DNA of 63,772 nt, filler included, from Lama guanicoe (taxonomy: Eukaryota), in NCBI GenBank assembly GCA_013239625.1. It is 164 parts of 164 records of this genome, joined end to end, with 100 filler letters (N's around TTAATTAATTAA, not from the genome) between each part and the next. Parts side by side here need not be neighbours in the genome. Positions count along the whole stretch, not along the records: positions 63,092 to 63,381 come from PNXV01053562.1; positions 63,482 to 63,772 come from PNXV01053563.1; 162 more parts are not named here. One strand, written 5' to 3'. The notes beneath the pieces were generated by a model, which searched no databases, had not been told where the DNA came from, and saw only the letters and a program-made list of their open reading frames with translations. Positions 62,992 to 63,772 of this stretch are shown here, piece by piece. Numbering within the stretch: position 1 is the stretch's first letter; each line of letters starts with the position of its first letter. Both the position numbers and the translations under genes were made by a program.

Positions 62992-63772
62992 NNNNNNNNN
63001 NNNNNNNNNNNNNNNNNNNNNNNNNNNNNNNNNNNTTAATTAATTAANNNNNNNNNNNNNNNNNNNNNNNNNNNNNNNNNNNNNNNNNNNNAGAGCGGCG
63101 GCCTGCCTTCCTCCCTCCCCGACACCCAGGACGTGGGCCCTGAGTAAACACTGTGTAAAGGCTGGCGAGGCAGCCATGGACGCCTGAAGGTGGAGATTGT
63201 GCTAACAGTCTAGGAAGGAAGACTAAGCTCTGGAAAGGCAGGAACAAGAGAGAAAGGAGGGGGCGGGGCCCGTGAAAGAAGGCGGAAGGGTGCACAGATC
63301 AGGGGCCCGCAGCCCTGGGAACGGGGAGCTGCCTGCCAGCGGGGAGGAGGCCCCGGCCCCAGCACAGGCTGCCGCCCCCCANNNNNNNNNNNNNNNNNNN
63401 NNNNNNNNNNNNNNNNNNNNNNNNNTTAATTAATTAANNNNNNNNNNNNNNNNNNNNNNNNNNNNNNNNNNNNNNNNNNNNATTTCCTAAAGCAAACCTC
63501 TAACAGAGGAGTAAATAAATAATAAGATGATCAAGTAAAATAGAATATTAAGCTATATCCACAAGTAAAGATTCCTAGTGCAAGTCTGAGCTATGCATTG
63601 CACCAGGAATTTGTGCTTGCACATACAGGTCTTAACATGTGTCCACCGCCTACATTATATCCATCAAAGGTCAACAAATTAGAAAACTCTGTGGCTGCAC
63701 ACTGGTTTTTACCATTTCAAAAGTATGTTACCTCCAAAAGATGTTGACCCCTGCACTTAGCACAAGAGATTT

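Noticed and set aside
723..63295. ORF-track proteins, many ending in X..X-LIN or X..X-N as if sharing a C-terminal motif
   Set aside because: LIN is the translation of the linker, and the lengths are inflated by Ns. Only 7121-7342 overlaps a real coding frame that I recognise (HSPE1); several others are antisense to or off-frame from OR, DNLZ, L1 or Tigger sequence.

Overview
This window is not contiguous DNA. It is an artificial concatenation of about 164 unlinked short contigs (287-291 bp, roughly size-sorted). Each pair is joined by an identical 100-bp spacer, N44-TTAATTAATTAA-N44, which puts a stop codon in all six frames. The contigs are mammalian genomic leftovers, most likely camelid (alpaca/llama/camel), judging from Vic-1-type tRNA-derived SINEs and the young L1 3' ends. 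Most of the supplied ORFs are spurious; many end in X..X-LIN, which is the translated spacer. Recognisable content: many L1 fragments; L2, MIR, MaLR/ERV LTRs and DNA transposons (Tigger1, MER47A, MER5, MER81, MER91); processed pseudogenes of HSPE1 and DNLZ; the C-terminus of an OR9G-like olfactory receptor; a betaretrovirus-like ERV pro-pol junction whose three premature stops all sit at probable Trp codons (APOBEC3-like G-to-A pattern); a ~250-bp satellite family in four contigs; a separate 268-bp satellite carrying a CENP-B-box-like 17-mer; and two ~95%-identical paralogous contigs with identical ends. I see no multi-gene or novel biological system, and none could be inferred from adjacency because neighbouring contigs are unlinked. 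Repeat-family names come from my recall of consensus sequences, not from a search.
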